From positions 124,001 to 188,000 of IMG/VR virus record IMGVR_UViG_2162886007_000107: a DNA stretch of 64,000 nt. The stretch is one strand, 5' to 3'. Below, piece after piece: positions 26,606 to 36,947 of this stretch. The position numbers and the translations under genes were made by a program. The notes under the pieces are model-generated. The model was not told the DNA's origin, made no database searches, and was given only the letters and a program-made list of their open reading frames with translations. The first letter of the stretch is position 1. Each line of letters starts with the position of its first letter.

Positions 26606-29600
26606 ATGAACTTCCCCATAGTTCCCGAATATCGGAAAGACATTCTCAATACCAACATTGAGAACAAGATTAAGGGTGAGCCGTTCGAGCTTCCTGCCAA
26701 ATCTAAAAAGGGTTACATCCTTGTTCCGGTACACGCTCCATTTTTCGTAAAAAGTTTGAAAGTTTACAACGGTAACGGCGAGCCACTCACTCCTGGTGAC
26801 AAAGGCGATTACCGTATCTACAGGATTATGGGGGGTTTGACTGATCTGACCGCTAAGTCTGTGTCGTGCATGATTGAATTCCTTAACCCGGATATTCGTT
26901 CAGGCTTCATCGACTATGATGTTGTTGGTCACTTCAGTCTGTTCGACGCCGCCTTCCTGAAGATGGTTGAAGAAGCAGCCAACGACGAACGCCCGGTTTG
27001 GTGGGAGAATGTCCACAACAAACCTACCCATTTCCGTCCGAAGCTTCACGGTCACAGCTTGTTGTATGAAACTGTGGCAATGATGGATATGGTTGGTCTC
27101 ATTGACGACTTGCTTGCTTTGCTTAAGAGCCGCGGTCGTACTCCTTTGGAGATCAAGTTCGAGCATTACCTGCGACTGCTCATCCACTACATCAAGACTT
27201 ACAAGACTGAGCTACTGCTTGCCCTGGAGAGACACAAAGGGGCTTACAACCCACACGGTTGGAACAAAGCACAGTCTGGTCTGGAGTTGGTGGATAACTT
27301 CCCTACTGCTCGTGGTGCTGAACTCCTGCAACCACGCAACGATCGTCACCTGACTCCTGATGGCATCAAAACCATTATGGATGTCTACGGCTTTAACAGC
27401 TCTGAGTTGTTGGAGCAAATGAAGTTGCCTATTAGCCAGTTCGGTAACAGTAACTTCATTCCTGCAAACATCGACGGTTCGTTTGAAGGCTTGGGCGGGA
27501 CGATTGAAACTGGCGGGATGTGCTTGGAGAGTGATGGTACTATCACTTACCTGGCTAGCCGGATGGATGGTCGTACGCGTGGTCTGTATTTCTCTGTAAT
27601 GGAGAACACGACCGATCAAAATAAAGCATCTTTGGATTTCACAGGCTACAAATACGAACACGCCAAGTTTAATGCAAGCAACGCAAACGTTGACCGCATT
27701 GTTCAGGGTAGTGGTAGTGAATGTATCCTGGTTTCCGATAGTGTCACGGACCTTTGCTTTATTGGTGTGACTAACGGGTCTAACGATCCTGCTCGTCACG
27801 TTTACTCCAAGATCAATATGCGTCCTTTGGTCGAAGCCATCTTTAGCAACCCTGGTTCTTACCGCGCTCAAGATGTTTGGAATTACTTGAGTATTGCCAT
27901 GATGGGGGATTGGGTTTACATTTTCCTAACTGCCTCCACTCCTGTACCAATTGCTAGCAATAACGTGGGCTCTAACTGGAACTATAAGCATATTTTCCGT
28001 GTGCCGATTGCTTCCATTAAAGCAACTGTTGACGTGACTCCGGTTCGTCAGAACGTTAGCTTTGTCGATGCCGATGGCGTGCAGGTTAACAACAGTCCAT
28101 GGTGGCGCTGGTTCAGCATTACCCGAGATAGTAACGGCTATGTAACAAAGGCTTTGCACACCTTTGCTCCTTACCCTTCTAACGGATGGATTGGTCCGTA
28201 CCGTTCGGCAGTGACCGTAGTGGCGCAGGATCCTAGCCGTCCTGGTATCTACGCACTGAAGTTCATGACGGCCTACTACGCAGCGTACACGTCGCCTAGC
28301 GTTAACGGTCAGATGAACGTAACCCCTGAGATCAACTACGATTTCAACCCGTACACAGGGGTGTTTACATTAAAGTCGCAGTCCCCAAGCTTTAACGTAA
28401 ACTTTGGTGCAAACCCAATTGTTCCACCACAGTACACAGACGTTTCTCTGAAATATCTGTGTGTGTTCTTCTATCAAGCGCAAGGTATGAACATCTTTGA
28501 AGATGGCCGTATTTCGTCTTGCGGAGCATACGGGTTCAGTGGGTTCCCTCGTGGAGCTTTGATCATCAACTTGCGAGGGTCGTCAACTCGTTACGCTACA
28601 GTATCCAGGTTCTGGAATCGTGGTGAAGATTTTGGTCTTAGTGGGGTTACACGGGTTGTTCCGGAAAACATGATCAGTCCGGTAGAGAGCAGTGTTTGTC
28701 CACGAGCCTTCCTGTATGTTCCAGGTGGTGAGTATTACGTGGCCGGTCGGAAGAACGATGCTAATGCTCTTGGACTGTTTTTCAAAACAGTATCGGGTAA
28801 GTTTGCACCTCGACCTGAAATCAATAACCTCTACATGTCGAACGTCGTGGCTCGTCCATTGACTAACAACATTCGCAGGGTTAACTCATTGCCTGGTTTG
28901 GGTGGGGCTACCATCTCTGTCCCTTCTGCCAATTTGGACTTTGCAGGGATTGAAGTAGGTGAATCGGCCTTTTGTGTCAGCTACCAGAAAAAGAACTTCG
29001 ACCGAGATCGGATGGGCACTGCATGGCCAGGAGGTGTTGCTGATGGCGACGTAGTGTTGATTCAAACACACACTCGTCGTCTTGAAGCAGATGGAACTTT
29101 AACAATAGTTCCTACTCTGGAAGTTCTTTATCCAGAATGGATTGTTAACGTTATCAAAGCACAGGTACAGTTCCCTGCGCTGCTTCCTGGTAGCCGCAAT
29201 GTAATTGTTACTGTCAATGATCCGACATTCTCCCCTCTCGCAAGATTTGGGTGGTTGCCGGTCACGGTTTCGGTTCAATATTGCGGTGGTCTTGGTACTG
29301 CTGATGCGAACACCTTGTTTGCGACCATTCTCAGTATTCAACCGACTTATGTAGACAGTGGTGGCCGAAAAGTTGTAAACGGTCTTACTGTGGTTAACGT
29401 GCATCATGGTCGTTTTGAAAGTACCGCAATGAACACTCCGTATCCTTGGGGTAATCAGGAATACTCCGACACTCCGTTGTCAACAATGGACCCGGCTCGT
29501 ATTCAGTATTACCTTGATGGTAACAAGTTGTCTGTTTTCCATGGGTGCGGTGTAATGGCGCAAACCCCTGGCGACTCTTGGGGCGTTGATGCAACATTTG

Positions 29601-30181
29601 TCTACAACGACAGAACAGCATCTCATGCCTGGAGTTCGGTTGACTGGAGGGCGCGTTCTAGCCGTGGTACGGGGATCATCATGACTCCGGACAACGGTAT
29701 TCAAGTAATGCGTGGTTGGGATCAGTCCACTGGTAGTGCCGCTACTATCTCTGAAGGCCCGGTTAACCATCCATTGGTTGGTTCAGTGTATCCGGAGATT
29801 GGTTGGGTTGTCTTCTTTAAGACACCGATTAAAGCAACCTTTAACGGGAAGCTCTACATCATCCCAGCCGGCAACATTGACTTGCGCAATGTTGTTCCTA
29901 ACCCGGCAAACAAAACGTTCTACATCTACGCCATCCTCCGTAACGGTATCCCTGTTTACGAGGTGGCTGAAGATAAACGCCTGGAGACTCCGTTCCAAGT
30001 GTGGGTAGGTAAGGTGATTACAAATACCTTGCAAATCCTGACAGTGGAGCGGTTCAACGTGGTTACCATTAACAGTAACCGAGTGTCCGAAATCAAACGG
30101 GGTAACTGTATCCCGGCTACTTCTGGTCTTGCTATTGAAGAAGGTCAGTTGCCTTGGTTGCGGGCTGACGAACTCTCTTAA
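26606..30181 (+). CDS. large tail (fibre/baseplate) protein
   Basis: 1191 aa; NPHGWNKAQSGLELVDNFPTA motif; paralog of 30241. Confidence 0.75.
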   Translation: MNFPIVPEYRKDILNTNIENKIKGEPFELPAKSKKGYILVPVHAPFFVKSLKVYNGNGEPLTPGDKGDYRIYRIMGGLTDLTAKSVSCMIEFLNPDIRSGFIDYDVVGHFSLFDAAFLKMVEEAANDERPVWWENVHNKPTHFRPKLHGHSLLYETVAMMDMVGLIDDLLALLKSRGRTPLEIKFEHYLRLLIHYIKTYKTELLLALERHKGAYNPHGWNKAQSGLELVDNFPTARGAELLQPRNDRHLTPDGIKTIMDVYGFNSSELLEQMKLPISQFGNSNFIPANIDGSFEGLGGTIETGGMCLESDGTITYLASRMDGRTRGLYFSVMENTTDQNKASLDFTGYKYEHAKFNASNANVDRIVQGSGSECILVSDSVTDLCFIGVTNGSNDPARHVYSKINMRPLVEAIFSNPGSYRAQDVWNYLSIAMMGDWVYIFLTASTPVPIASNNVGSNWNYKHIFRVPIASIKATVDVTPVRQNVSFVDADGVQVNNSPWWRWFSITRDSNGYVTKALHTFAPYPSNGWIGPYRSAVTVVAQDPSRPGIYALKFMTAYYAAYTSPSVNGQMNVTPEINYDFNPYTGVFTLKSQSPSFNVNFGANPIVPPQYTDVSLKYLCVFFYQAQGMNIFEDGRISSCGAYGFSGFPRGALIINLRGSSTRYATVSRFWNRGEDFGLSGVTRVVPENMISPVESSVCPRAFLYVPGGEYYVAGRKNDANALGLFFKTVSGKFAPRPEINNLYMSNVVARPLTNNIRRVNSLPGLGGATISVPSANLDFAGIEVGESAFCVSYQKKNFDRDRMGTAWPGGVADGDVVLIQTHTRRLEADGTLTIVPTLEVLYPEWIVNVIKAQVQFPALLPGSRNVIVTVNDPTFSPLARFGWLPVTVSVQYCGGLGTADANTLFATILSIQPTYVDSGGRKVVNGLTVVNVHHGRFESTAMNTPYPWGNQEYSDTPLSTMDPARIQYYLDGNKLSVFHGCGVMAQTPGDSWGVDATFVYNDRTASHAWSSVDWRARSSRGTGIIMTPDNGIQVMRGWDQSTGSAATISEGPVNHPLVGSVYPEIGWVVFFKTPIKATFNGKLYIIPAGNIDLRNVVPNPANKTFYIYAILRNGIPVYEVAEDKRLETPFQVWVGKVITNTLQILTVERFNVVTINSNRVSEIKRGNCIPATSGLAIEEGQLPWLRADELS

Positions 30182-30240
30182 GCCTTAGGAAGAGTGGGGG
30201 GATCTCCCCTCACTCTCTCCATTGTTAACAGGTATTTTAA

Positions 30241-33200
30241 ATGAATCCGTTGCGAGTTGTTGAATTCGACATCCACGGTAAGAATCCCAAGAACAAGATC
30301 TCTGGGGAAATCATTCCTATCTTGGATAAGACCTGTCAATGGGTCATTCCTGATGGTTCGCCTTTCTTTGGCGATTACCCTGATCCTGGTCAATTCCCTA
30401 TTACTGTAGTTTACGATCAAGCTGGTCGTGAACTTGTGCGTGACCGCGACTACTGGCTTGAAGAAGAATTCATGCCACTGGTTGAAGTAACCGGTCGTCC
30501 TGTTGTTTGTTTTATCCGTCTTTCCGAGGCGGTGCTCGCTGCTAACAAATTCATCAAGGTCAACTACATCTCTGTAGGGGCTTACTTCATTCCTCGTAAC
30601 AGCATCGAAGAGTGGCTTAAGACTATTCAGAAAGGCCACGTCCCAGTTCCTTGGGAAAAGGTATTCGGTGTTCCTCCTACTGTACCTTCCGAATGGCACA
30701 GTCACAGCATCAAGACTGAGATTGGCGATTGGTTCGAGTTTACCCTGTTCTACACCTACGTAGCCGAGAACCTTTCGACTCGTCATGGTGGTGAACTCAA
30801 CCGTCAATTGGAAGCTGCTGCTACTGCTGCTTTTGCCCGTCTGGTTAGCGAACGCGATCTGAACTACAATCGCATGCGCACTCACACCAGCAACTACAAT
30901 CGTCCGCACGGCATCTTGCCTAAAGACGTGAACATGGGTAACCACCCTAACTACCCTACTGCCACTCTGGAAGAAGACCGTGCAGGTACAGCAGCTAACC
31001 GCCTGAGTACTCCTCAGGGTGTGCAAGAGCTGCTTAAAGACCTCACTCCTGATACCAGCGGTGCAATGCGTAACGGTATGGTTCCATTGAGCAAGCATTC
31101 CAATGGTACTTATATTCCGCCAAACATTACCGGGTCGTTTGAAGGTCTGGGTTCTCGTAGTGAGTGCATGGGGATTTGTCTGGAAGAAGACGGTCGGATG
31201 GTAATCATCCAGAACCACTTCGATGGTCGGAATGAAGGTTTGTACTACTCCACTCTGACCCAGTACAACAAATCGTTTGATCCGAAGAACCCGTACGAGT
31301 TTGTTTACACGAACTACAAATACGAGCCTCCGGTTCTGATCAACCAGGGCATTGTTCCTGATTCGATCATCATGGGCAGCAGCAACGAAGTTATCATGGT
31401 GGGTAAAACCACTACTGGTAACCCAGGTGCTAATGACCAATGGTTTGTTGCTCTAACCAACAACAGTTTTGACCCAAGTGGTCACCGTTATATCAAGACT
31501 GATATTTCGGACATTGTTGCGCAGACCGGGCCGTTCAACCCTGACAGCAAACTGGTTGCCGAGCCCTATCACGGTCGCTGGGCTATTTCGTTGATTGACG
31601 ATTGGATTCTCTTGATTGTCAACTCGTCGGAAGGTGGTGGTAACTTTGAATGGCAAACTGGTCGAATCTCCTATTGGCGAATCCCTAAAGCTAGTGTGAT
31701 TTCGGGTACTCCTGCTAAATGGCAGTTGATCCGTATCAACTATGTGAACGGTGATGGTGTTCAACTGAACAACCAGGCTTGGTGGGAATACGCTACCCGC
31801 GTGAAGGACGGGAACGGGGCCACGACTAAATGGGGTCGGTACACCTTTAGTCCTATTCCAAATGTGGGAGCCACGTATTTTGGTCGTCGTGCTTTGACGC
31901 TGACTGCTAAAAAGACAGGGTTCCAAAACGTCTGTTATTACAACCTGATGATGTACACCTTCTTGGAGTACACTCCTCCTGGTCGTGGCCTTAACCCAGT
32001 GGCCTTGTACACCAACATGGTGTATGAACTCAACGTGGCTACAGGGAACATGACGTTGTTGTTTGCTCAGCCGACTTACAACGTCGATTACTCTAGTCAG
32101 GCCTGGAATACTGAGAACGCCAAACTCGCCAATTTCTACAACTTCCTAGTTCGTTATACCAAGCAGGCAACAATCGTAACTGCTAAAGGTGAGTTTGTTA
32201 CCGGGGTCACAGACTGGGCGGCGGAGATGATCCCGCTTAACACTTTGATCCAAATGTCTCACTTCAAGTTCAAATCCAATAACCAGCCAATGGCTAACCC
32301 TGAGCAACTGCTGAGTGGGGATTTGAGTACCGATCGCATTATCCCTTACAACTTTGAAAACAAGTTCCGGGATATTCTCACACCGATTCCTGTTGGTTTG
32401 AGTCAGCGATGCTTGGCGTATGAGGCTGACGGTGAAAACTTTGTCACGACGTCCACACGTACGGATAAAGTGACCAATGCTTCTGTAGGGGCTAAAATTG
32501 GTTTCCGTACGGTGACCGGTGATTATGCTGTGCGTCCTCAAGTGACAAACTTGACGTACGCTAACCTGAAAAGCCGTCCCTTGGTTAACACCGCTTACGA
32601 AACCAACATGACCACTCTGGAGACGGTCATCAACGCTACTGGTACTGCTGCCGATTTGGCTGCCAGAGGAGTTGAGATGGGGACAATGGCATTAAGTGGC
32701 TGTTCTTGGTCTAACCTTAGTCGTTATGGCAACCGTAACTTGGTTTCTCCTAGTGCGGCTTTCCGGGCCAAGAATGAGGCGGGGGCTTTCCTCTCCTTCC
32801 CTAAAACTCATCGTCGGGAATTTGATGCGGCAGCCAGAAAGATGAACTACATCCCTAATGACTATTATGGTCTGGCGGAGTCGTTCAAGAATCAGGTTCG
32901 TGCATTGATCCCTGCTGGTAAGTTGGGTGCTTTGTGGTGCTTCTCACTGTACGTGTTGGATGGTGCTAACGGAGGCATGTTTGCTGGGATGAACAGTGCT
33001 TTGCTTCACGTAAAGTATTCGCGAGTTCCAGATGGACAAACTCCATTTGTTGACGCACAGTTCTTGCATGTGACGTTAAACGTGGAAGCTCCAAATGCTA
33101 ACCATCCCGGGTGCTACTTGATCACTGGCTTTAATGCGGCTAGTGGTACTGGCGAGTACGTACAGCATCGGGACATTGTTCCTGAACGTGCTGGTTTTGG

Positions 33201-33951
33201 TACGGACAACATCAACCGTGCAGCAATGCAGATCTATCGCAATGGCGGGATGCTTCGAGTAGCAGTGATGGGCAATCAGATTTGTGTGGGCGGTACTCAG
33301 TACTTTGACACGACGATCTTTGATATCAACACTGCCAACGGAGCTATTAGTCTTGTGGGTGCTAACCATATCGGTTGGGAGGCTGGCGATACTGTCACTG
33401 CTATTCCAAGAATTGGTCTTACCCATTTCACTGCGGACGGAAGTAAATGGCTGACGGACGTTGCCAGCATCGCCGAGACGGTTTATCCATCTGGTGGTTC
33501 TGCGCGGATATTCCCAACTCAGGGAAGGGTTGACCGCTACGCAACCCTCACGGCTTATCCAGAAGTGGCTTGGGCTTTGTTCATCCTGGAAGAAGTAGAG
33601 GTATTGTTCTCTGGTACTTTGTATCGCATGCCAACCGGTACTATCGATTTGCGTGATATCGATGCAGACCCACGGAACAAAGTGTTCTACCTTTACTCCA
33701 CCATGGAAGGCCAAAAGCCTCAGTACATCCTCACGGATATCAAACTGCGTCAAACCGCCAAGATCCTGCATGCGGCTACGATCACCACTGGTCCTAACCA
33801 GATCCTGTTGATCGAACGTCGTCAGCCGTTCCTTGTTGGTAACCTGGAGTTGAGCTATAACCGCAAAGGTGGTTCCATTCCGGTCAGTTCAGGCTTCCCT
33901 CAGGATCAAGGTAACTTTAATTTCCTGAAGGCTTCTGAGCTGTTGCCTTAA
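30241..33951 (+). CDS. large tail (fibre/baseplate) protein
   Basis: 1236 aa; YIPPNITGSFEGLG..GICLEEDG matches FIPANIDGSFEGLG..GMCLESDG in 26606. Confidence 0.75.
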   Translation: MNPLRVVEFDIHGKNPKNKISGEIIPILDKTCQWVIPDGSPFFGDYPDPGQFPITVVYDQAGRELVRDRDYWLEEEFMPLVEVTGRPVVCFIRLSEAVLAANKFIKVNYISVGAYFIPRNSIEEWLKTIQKGHVPVPWEKVFGVPPTVPSEWHSHSIKTEIGDWFEFTLFYTYVAENLSTRHGGELNRQLEAAATAAFARLVSERDLNYNRMRTHTSNYNRPHGILPKDVNMGNHPNYPTATLEEDRAGTAANRLSTPQGVQELLKDLTPDTSGAMRNGMVPLSKHSNGTYIPPNITGSFEGLGSRSECMGICLEEDGRMVIIQNHFDGRNEGLYYSTLTQYNKSFDPKNPYEFVYTNYKYEPPVLINQGIVPDSIIMGSSNEVIMVGKTTTGNPGANDQWFVALTNNSFDPSGHRYIKTDISDIVAQTGPFNPDSKLVAEPYHGRWAISLIDDWILLIVNSSEGGGNFEWQTGRISYWRIPKASVISGTPAKWQLIRINYVNGDGVQLNNQAWWEYATRVKDGNGATTKWGRYTFSPIPNVGATYFGRRALTLTAKKTGFQNVCYYNLMMYTFLEYTPPGRGLNPVALYTNMVYELNVATGNMTLLFAQPTYNVDYSSQAWNTENAKLANFYNFLVRYTKQATIVTAKGEFVTGVTDWAAEMIPLNTLIQMSHFKFKSNNQPMANPEQLLSGDLSTDRIIPYNFENKFRDILTPIPVGLSQRCLAYEADGENFVTTSTRTDKVTNASVGAKIGFRTVTGDYAVRPQVTNLTYANLKSRPLVNTAYETNMTTLETVINATGTAADLAARGVEMGTMALSGCSWSNLSRYGNRNLVSPSAAFRAKNEAGAFLSFPKTHRREFDAAARKMNYIPNDYYGLAESFKNQVRALIPAGKLGALWCFSLYVLDGANGGMFAGMNSALLHVKYSRVPDGQTPFVDAQFLHVTLNVEAPNANHPGCYLITGFNAASGTGEYVQHRDIVPERAGFGTDNINRAAMQIYRNGGMLRVAVMGNQICVGGTQYFDTTIFDINTANGAISLVGANHIGWEAGDTVTAIPRIGLTHFTADGSKWLTDVASIAETVYPSGGSARIFPTQGRVDRYATLTAYPEVAWALFILEEVEVLFSGTLYRMPTGTIDLRDIDADPRNKVFYLYSTMEGQKPQYILTDIKLRQTAKILHAATITTGPNQILLIERRQPFLVGNLELSYNRKGGSIPVSSGFPQDQGNFNFLKASELLP

Positions 33952-34002
33952 TTGGTGTTGGGGGAGAACTTCTCCCCCAATTCTTTTCACTAGGAGACAC
34001 CT

Positions 34003-36891
34003 ATGATTGTTCACGGTGGACCACCGCCCTTTATTGAAGAACCGAATCCTCGGTTTGGCGGAGTAATCAAAGCTCTCAATGAGTTTGCGACATTTGTTGC
34101 TGAGCGCACTGAGAACTTCAGTTCCTCCACGCAGGAACGGCTTATCGAGTTCACCCAAGAACTGGACGGGTTTGTTCGTGATGTAGCAATCCCTATCACC
34201 GATCACATCAGTGCAACTGGTGCGGTACACGGTGAAACCAAAGGAACCATCGGTCTGTCTCTCAAGGATAACTTCCGAGCGGCTACTTTGGCTGAACAGA
34301 TTGCTTTGGCTCGCGTTGACGCTTTTGTTACCTCCCAAGGCGCAAAGGCCGCTATCCAGGGTAATGCTGCCTCGTATGTGGCAAACAACTATCAGCAGAA
34401 TGACGTTATTCAAATGGCGTCGTACTTCTTCCCTGATGAATACCCCACCTTGGTTCCGACTGCTCCAGAGCCGGTACGTTTCTTCAATGGTGACGGTAAG
34501 AACAACACAGTATCGATGTTGCTTAACGGTGACCGTCTGGTACTGTCGGCTTTTCAACCTGCTGGTCGTTATCAGAGACAGAGTCTGTTCGTTTCTGGTC
34601 CAACTAACCAGATCGGTAAAACGCTGTTGCAGGAAGTGCAGAACGTTACCAGTTCTTATTCGGTAAATGGTTGGAACAACATTGCCGGACAGGGAGCAAA
34701 TGGTAAGGTTACTTTCTTCCACCCAATTGCTGACAAGAACATTTACGAGTTCGCTGACAACACCGGTCTTCCAGCAGTTGCCTCTAAAGCTCACCTGATT
34801 TATCAGAGCTTTGGTGGTGTTGTCTATAAAGGCATTGGTGCATCGGCTCAATATGTGGGTGACACCGAGCTGGCGATCGTTCAACGGTTCTTTAGCGTTA
34901 CAGCCTTGGCTACCAACCCTACCATGTCTAACGTGGTGGATACGAGCTATCAGGCAACGTACAAGACCCCAAGTGAAACTCGTACTGGTGCAATCCAGTC
35001 CACTCACAACTATCGTTTGGCGGACTTCTTCCAACTGCCTGCTGGTGCTACAGTTAAAGCAGTGACCAGTGTACCGATCAGTGTAAGCTTGTTCTGGCAT
35101 GCTCAGGATATTGAGGCTTATCTGTTTGTTGCCTGTCCTGTGATTGTTACCTTGGCAGATGGCAAATCTCGCCGGTTCATCCTGCGCTTTGTGGAATCGA
35201 TTCGCCCTGGTACTTTGCGTGCTGGTAGTAGTGGTGCGATTCAAACTCTTGGTCTGGGTGCTAAAGACATCATTGGTGCAGATCTGGCTATCCCTGCTGG
35301 TGCTACTTGGATTGAGCAAGATGATCCAAGCAACTTTAACTCCCCACTCTACAGTCCTGGTGCGGTATTGGCCAACGGCGAAGTAGTGAAGTCGCGGAGT
35401 GGTAAGTATGGGATCACAGTCAAGCGCTATAAGTCCAACTTTGCTGGGCTGCATGATTGGGTTCTGGGCAACCGTCCAGTGGTGCCGCTGTATGAAGCAC
35501 TTACTGAAACCAACGTCCCAGCCCGACACCTTACGTTTGGTCCTTTGCCAGAACGGATCATCCCTGTGCAACATTCGGGTGGTGACACGACGTTCCTGGC
35601 TTATGGTTTGGATATCGCCACCGGCCGTTACAACTGGCAGGAAGTTCGTTGGTCCATGACATCCATGGTTGGCGCTACTACCGGTAACAAGTTTGGTATC
35701 CGTAGTCCAGATTCTGTGACCGTGCAGAAGAACCTGTCGAAGATCCCTAACGGCGTTGTGTCGGTGTCTAACCTGAACGTAGACGGCATTACCGTAACCG
35801 GCTTGGCTTTCAACAAAGAAAACCAGTACAAGGCCTACACTACCTTCACCTACTCTAGTGGTGTGTTGGTGTTGGGTACTCCGGTTACCTTGTCTCCGTT
35901 GACGTTGTTTAGCCTGCAGGCTTCTGCTGCAATGGTAGTTACTCGTGCCAAAACAGTAAGTCCGTTGCCAGCAGTCGATGCTCAACGTGAAGCACAGATC
36001 CAGGTGTTCGCTATTAACGGAACCCGCGCTGTGTTCTTGTTGTCTGATGGTTTGTGCTATGCCGAAGTAGGCGTTGCTCCGTACACCATTACTAACGGTG
36101 TTCTTCTGCTTGACTTTGCCCCAAGTAACGGTGTGAGAACTGTTCCGGTAACTCCGGCAGTTGCTAGCCTTCCTGGTGTGAGTCGTGAGTCGAAGTCCAA
36201 CGATGGTGTGGAAATGGAGTTCAGTGACCTGCTGGCTAGCCAGGATGGTGTTGGATACTCGATGGTGGTGACTCGTCCATTTGGTAACCTGTATGGCGAT
36301 GTCTCGTTCACCATTCAAGACGTATCTGTTCCCGCCCCTGTCATTACTGGAGTCAAGGCCAACAACGCTAAGCTCTACCGCAATGATCAGGCAATTGACA
36401 TGGTAGATCAACCCTACCCACCTTTTGCAATTCCTCGTAAAGGACTGTTCCAATATGACCCGACTAACTCGGAGGTTACAACAAACTGCTTTAACGTCGC
36501 TACTCCTGCTCAAACCGTTGACCCGTTCGACGTTAACGAAGCAGGGTGGGTTCGAGTCCCGGCCGGCGCCAAAGTCATCCTCAATGGCCGTGGGTATTAC
36601 CTCAACCGTGATTACCCTGTAAAGGTTAATCCGACTGGTGTGACGTATTGCTATCTGTCCCGTCAAGGCGACACGTTGCAAGCAATCGGTTCTCCGATTA
36701 TTCGGGAAACCAGTAACAACGAAGTATTGTTTGGTATCTCTACCAATGGCGTGCTGAGTGTTAGCAATAACTACTTGGTACTGGACCGTCACCTGGTTAG
36801 TAGTACTCGCCGTGGTTCGGCTGTCCCTTACTTTGAAGATGATGGTGGTAACGGACCTAACAAGTTCTTTACCAATCGAGACCGCATCTAA
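34003..36891 (+). CDS. large tail protein, third long paralog
   Basis: 962 aa; HISATGAVHGETKGTIGLSLKDNF motif; C-terminal domain resembles those of 26606 and 30241. Confidence 0.7.
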   Translation: MIVHGGPPPFIEEPNPRFGGVIKALNEFATFVAERTENFSSSTQERLIEFTQELDGFVRDVAIPITDHISATGAVHGETKGTIGLSLKDNFRAATLAEQIALARVDAFVTSQGAKAAIQGNAASYVANNYQQNDVIQMASYFFPDEYPTLVPTAPEPVRFFNGDGKNNTVSMLLNGDRLVLSAFQPAGRYQRQSLFVSGPTNQIGKTLLQEVQNVTSSYSVNGWNNIAGQGANGKVTFFHPIADKNIYEFADNTGLPAVASKAHLIYQSFGGVVYKGIGASAQYVGDTELAIVQRFFSVTALATNPTMSNVVDTSYQATYKTPSETRTGAIQSTHNYRLADFFQLPAGATVKAVTSVPISVSLFWHAQDIEAYLFVACPVIVTLADGKSRRFILRFVESIRPGTLRAGSSGAIQTLGLGAKDIIGADLAIPAGATWIEQDDPSNFNSPLYSPGAVLANGEVVKSRSGKYGITVKRYKSNFAGLHDWVLGNRPVVPLYEALTETNVPARHLTFGPLPERIIPVQHSGGDTTFLAYGLDIATGRYNWQEVRWSMTSMVGATTGNKFGIRSPDSVTVQKNLSKIPNGVVSVSNLNVDGITVTGLAFNKENQYKAYTTFTYSSGVLVLGTPVTLSPLTLFSLQASAAMVVTRAKTVSPLPAVDAQREAQIQVFAINGTRAVFLLSDGLCYAEVGVAPYTITNGVLLLDFAPSNGVRTVPVTPAVASLPGVSRESKSNDGVEMEFSDLLASQDGVGYSMVVTRPFGNLYGDVSFTIQDVSVPAPVITGVKANNAKLYRNDQAIDMVDQPYPPFAIPRKGLFQYDPTNSEVTTNCFNVATPAQTVDPFDVNEAGWVRVPAGAKVILNGRGYYLNRDYPVKVNPTGVTYCYLSRQGDTLQAIGSPIIRETSNNEVLFGISTNGVLSVSNNYLVLDRHLVSSTRRGSAVPYFEDDGGNGPNKFFTNRDRI

Positions 36892-36905
36892 AGCAGTTAT
36901 AACCC

Positions 36906-36938
36906 CTACCCCTACTCCCACTGAGGGAGTAGGGGTAG
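36906..36938. terminator. bidirectional terminator (CCCTAC family)
   Basis: CTACCCCTACTCCC-ACTGA-GGGAGTAGGGGTAG. Confidence 0.85.
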
Positions 36939-36947
36939 TAAGGTTAC

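Noticed and set aside
26580-26610. Possible frameshift fusion of the short tail gene to the 1191-aa gene
   Set aside because: The downstream gene has its own AAGGA RBS and its own copy of the N-module, and there is no slippery site.
33889-36921. 1010-aa antisense ORF spanning the third tail gene
   Set aside because: Same-register shadow ORF that starts inside a terminator hairpin. Its length is striking, but avoidance of TTA/CTA/TCA explains it; proteomics would be needed to revive it.
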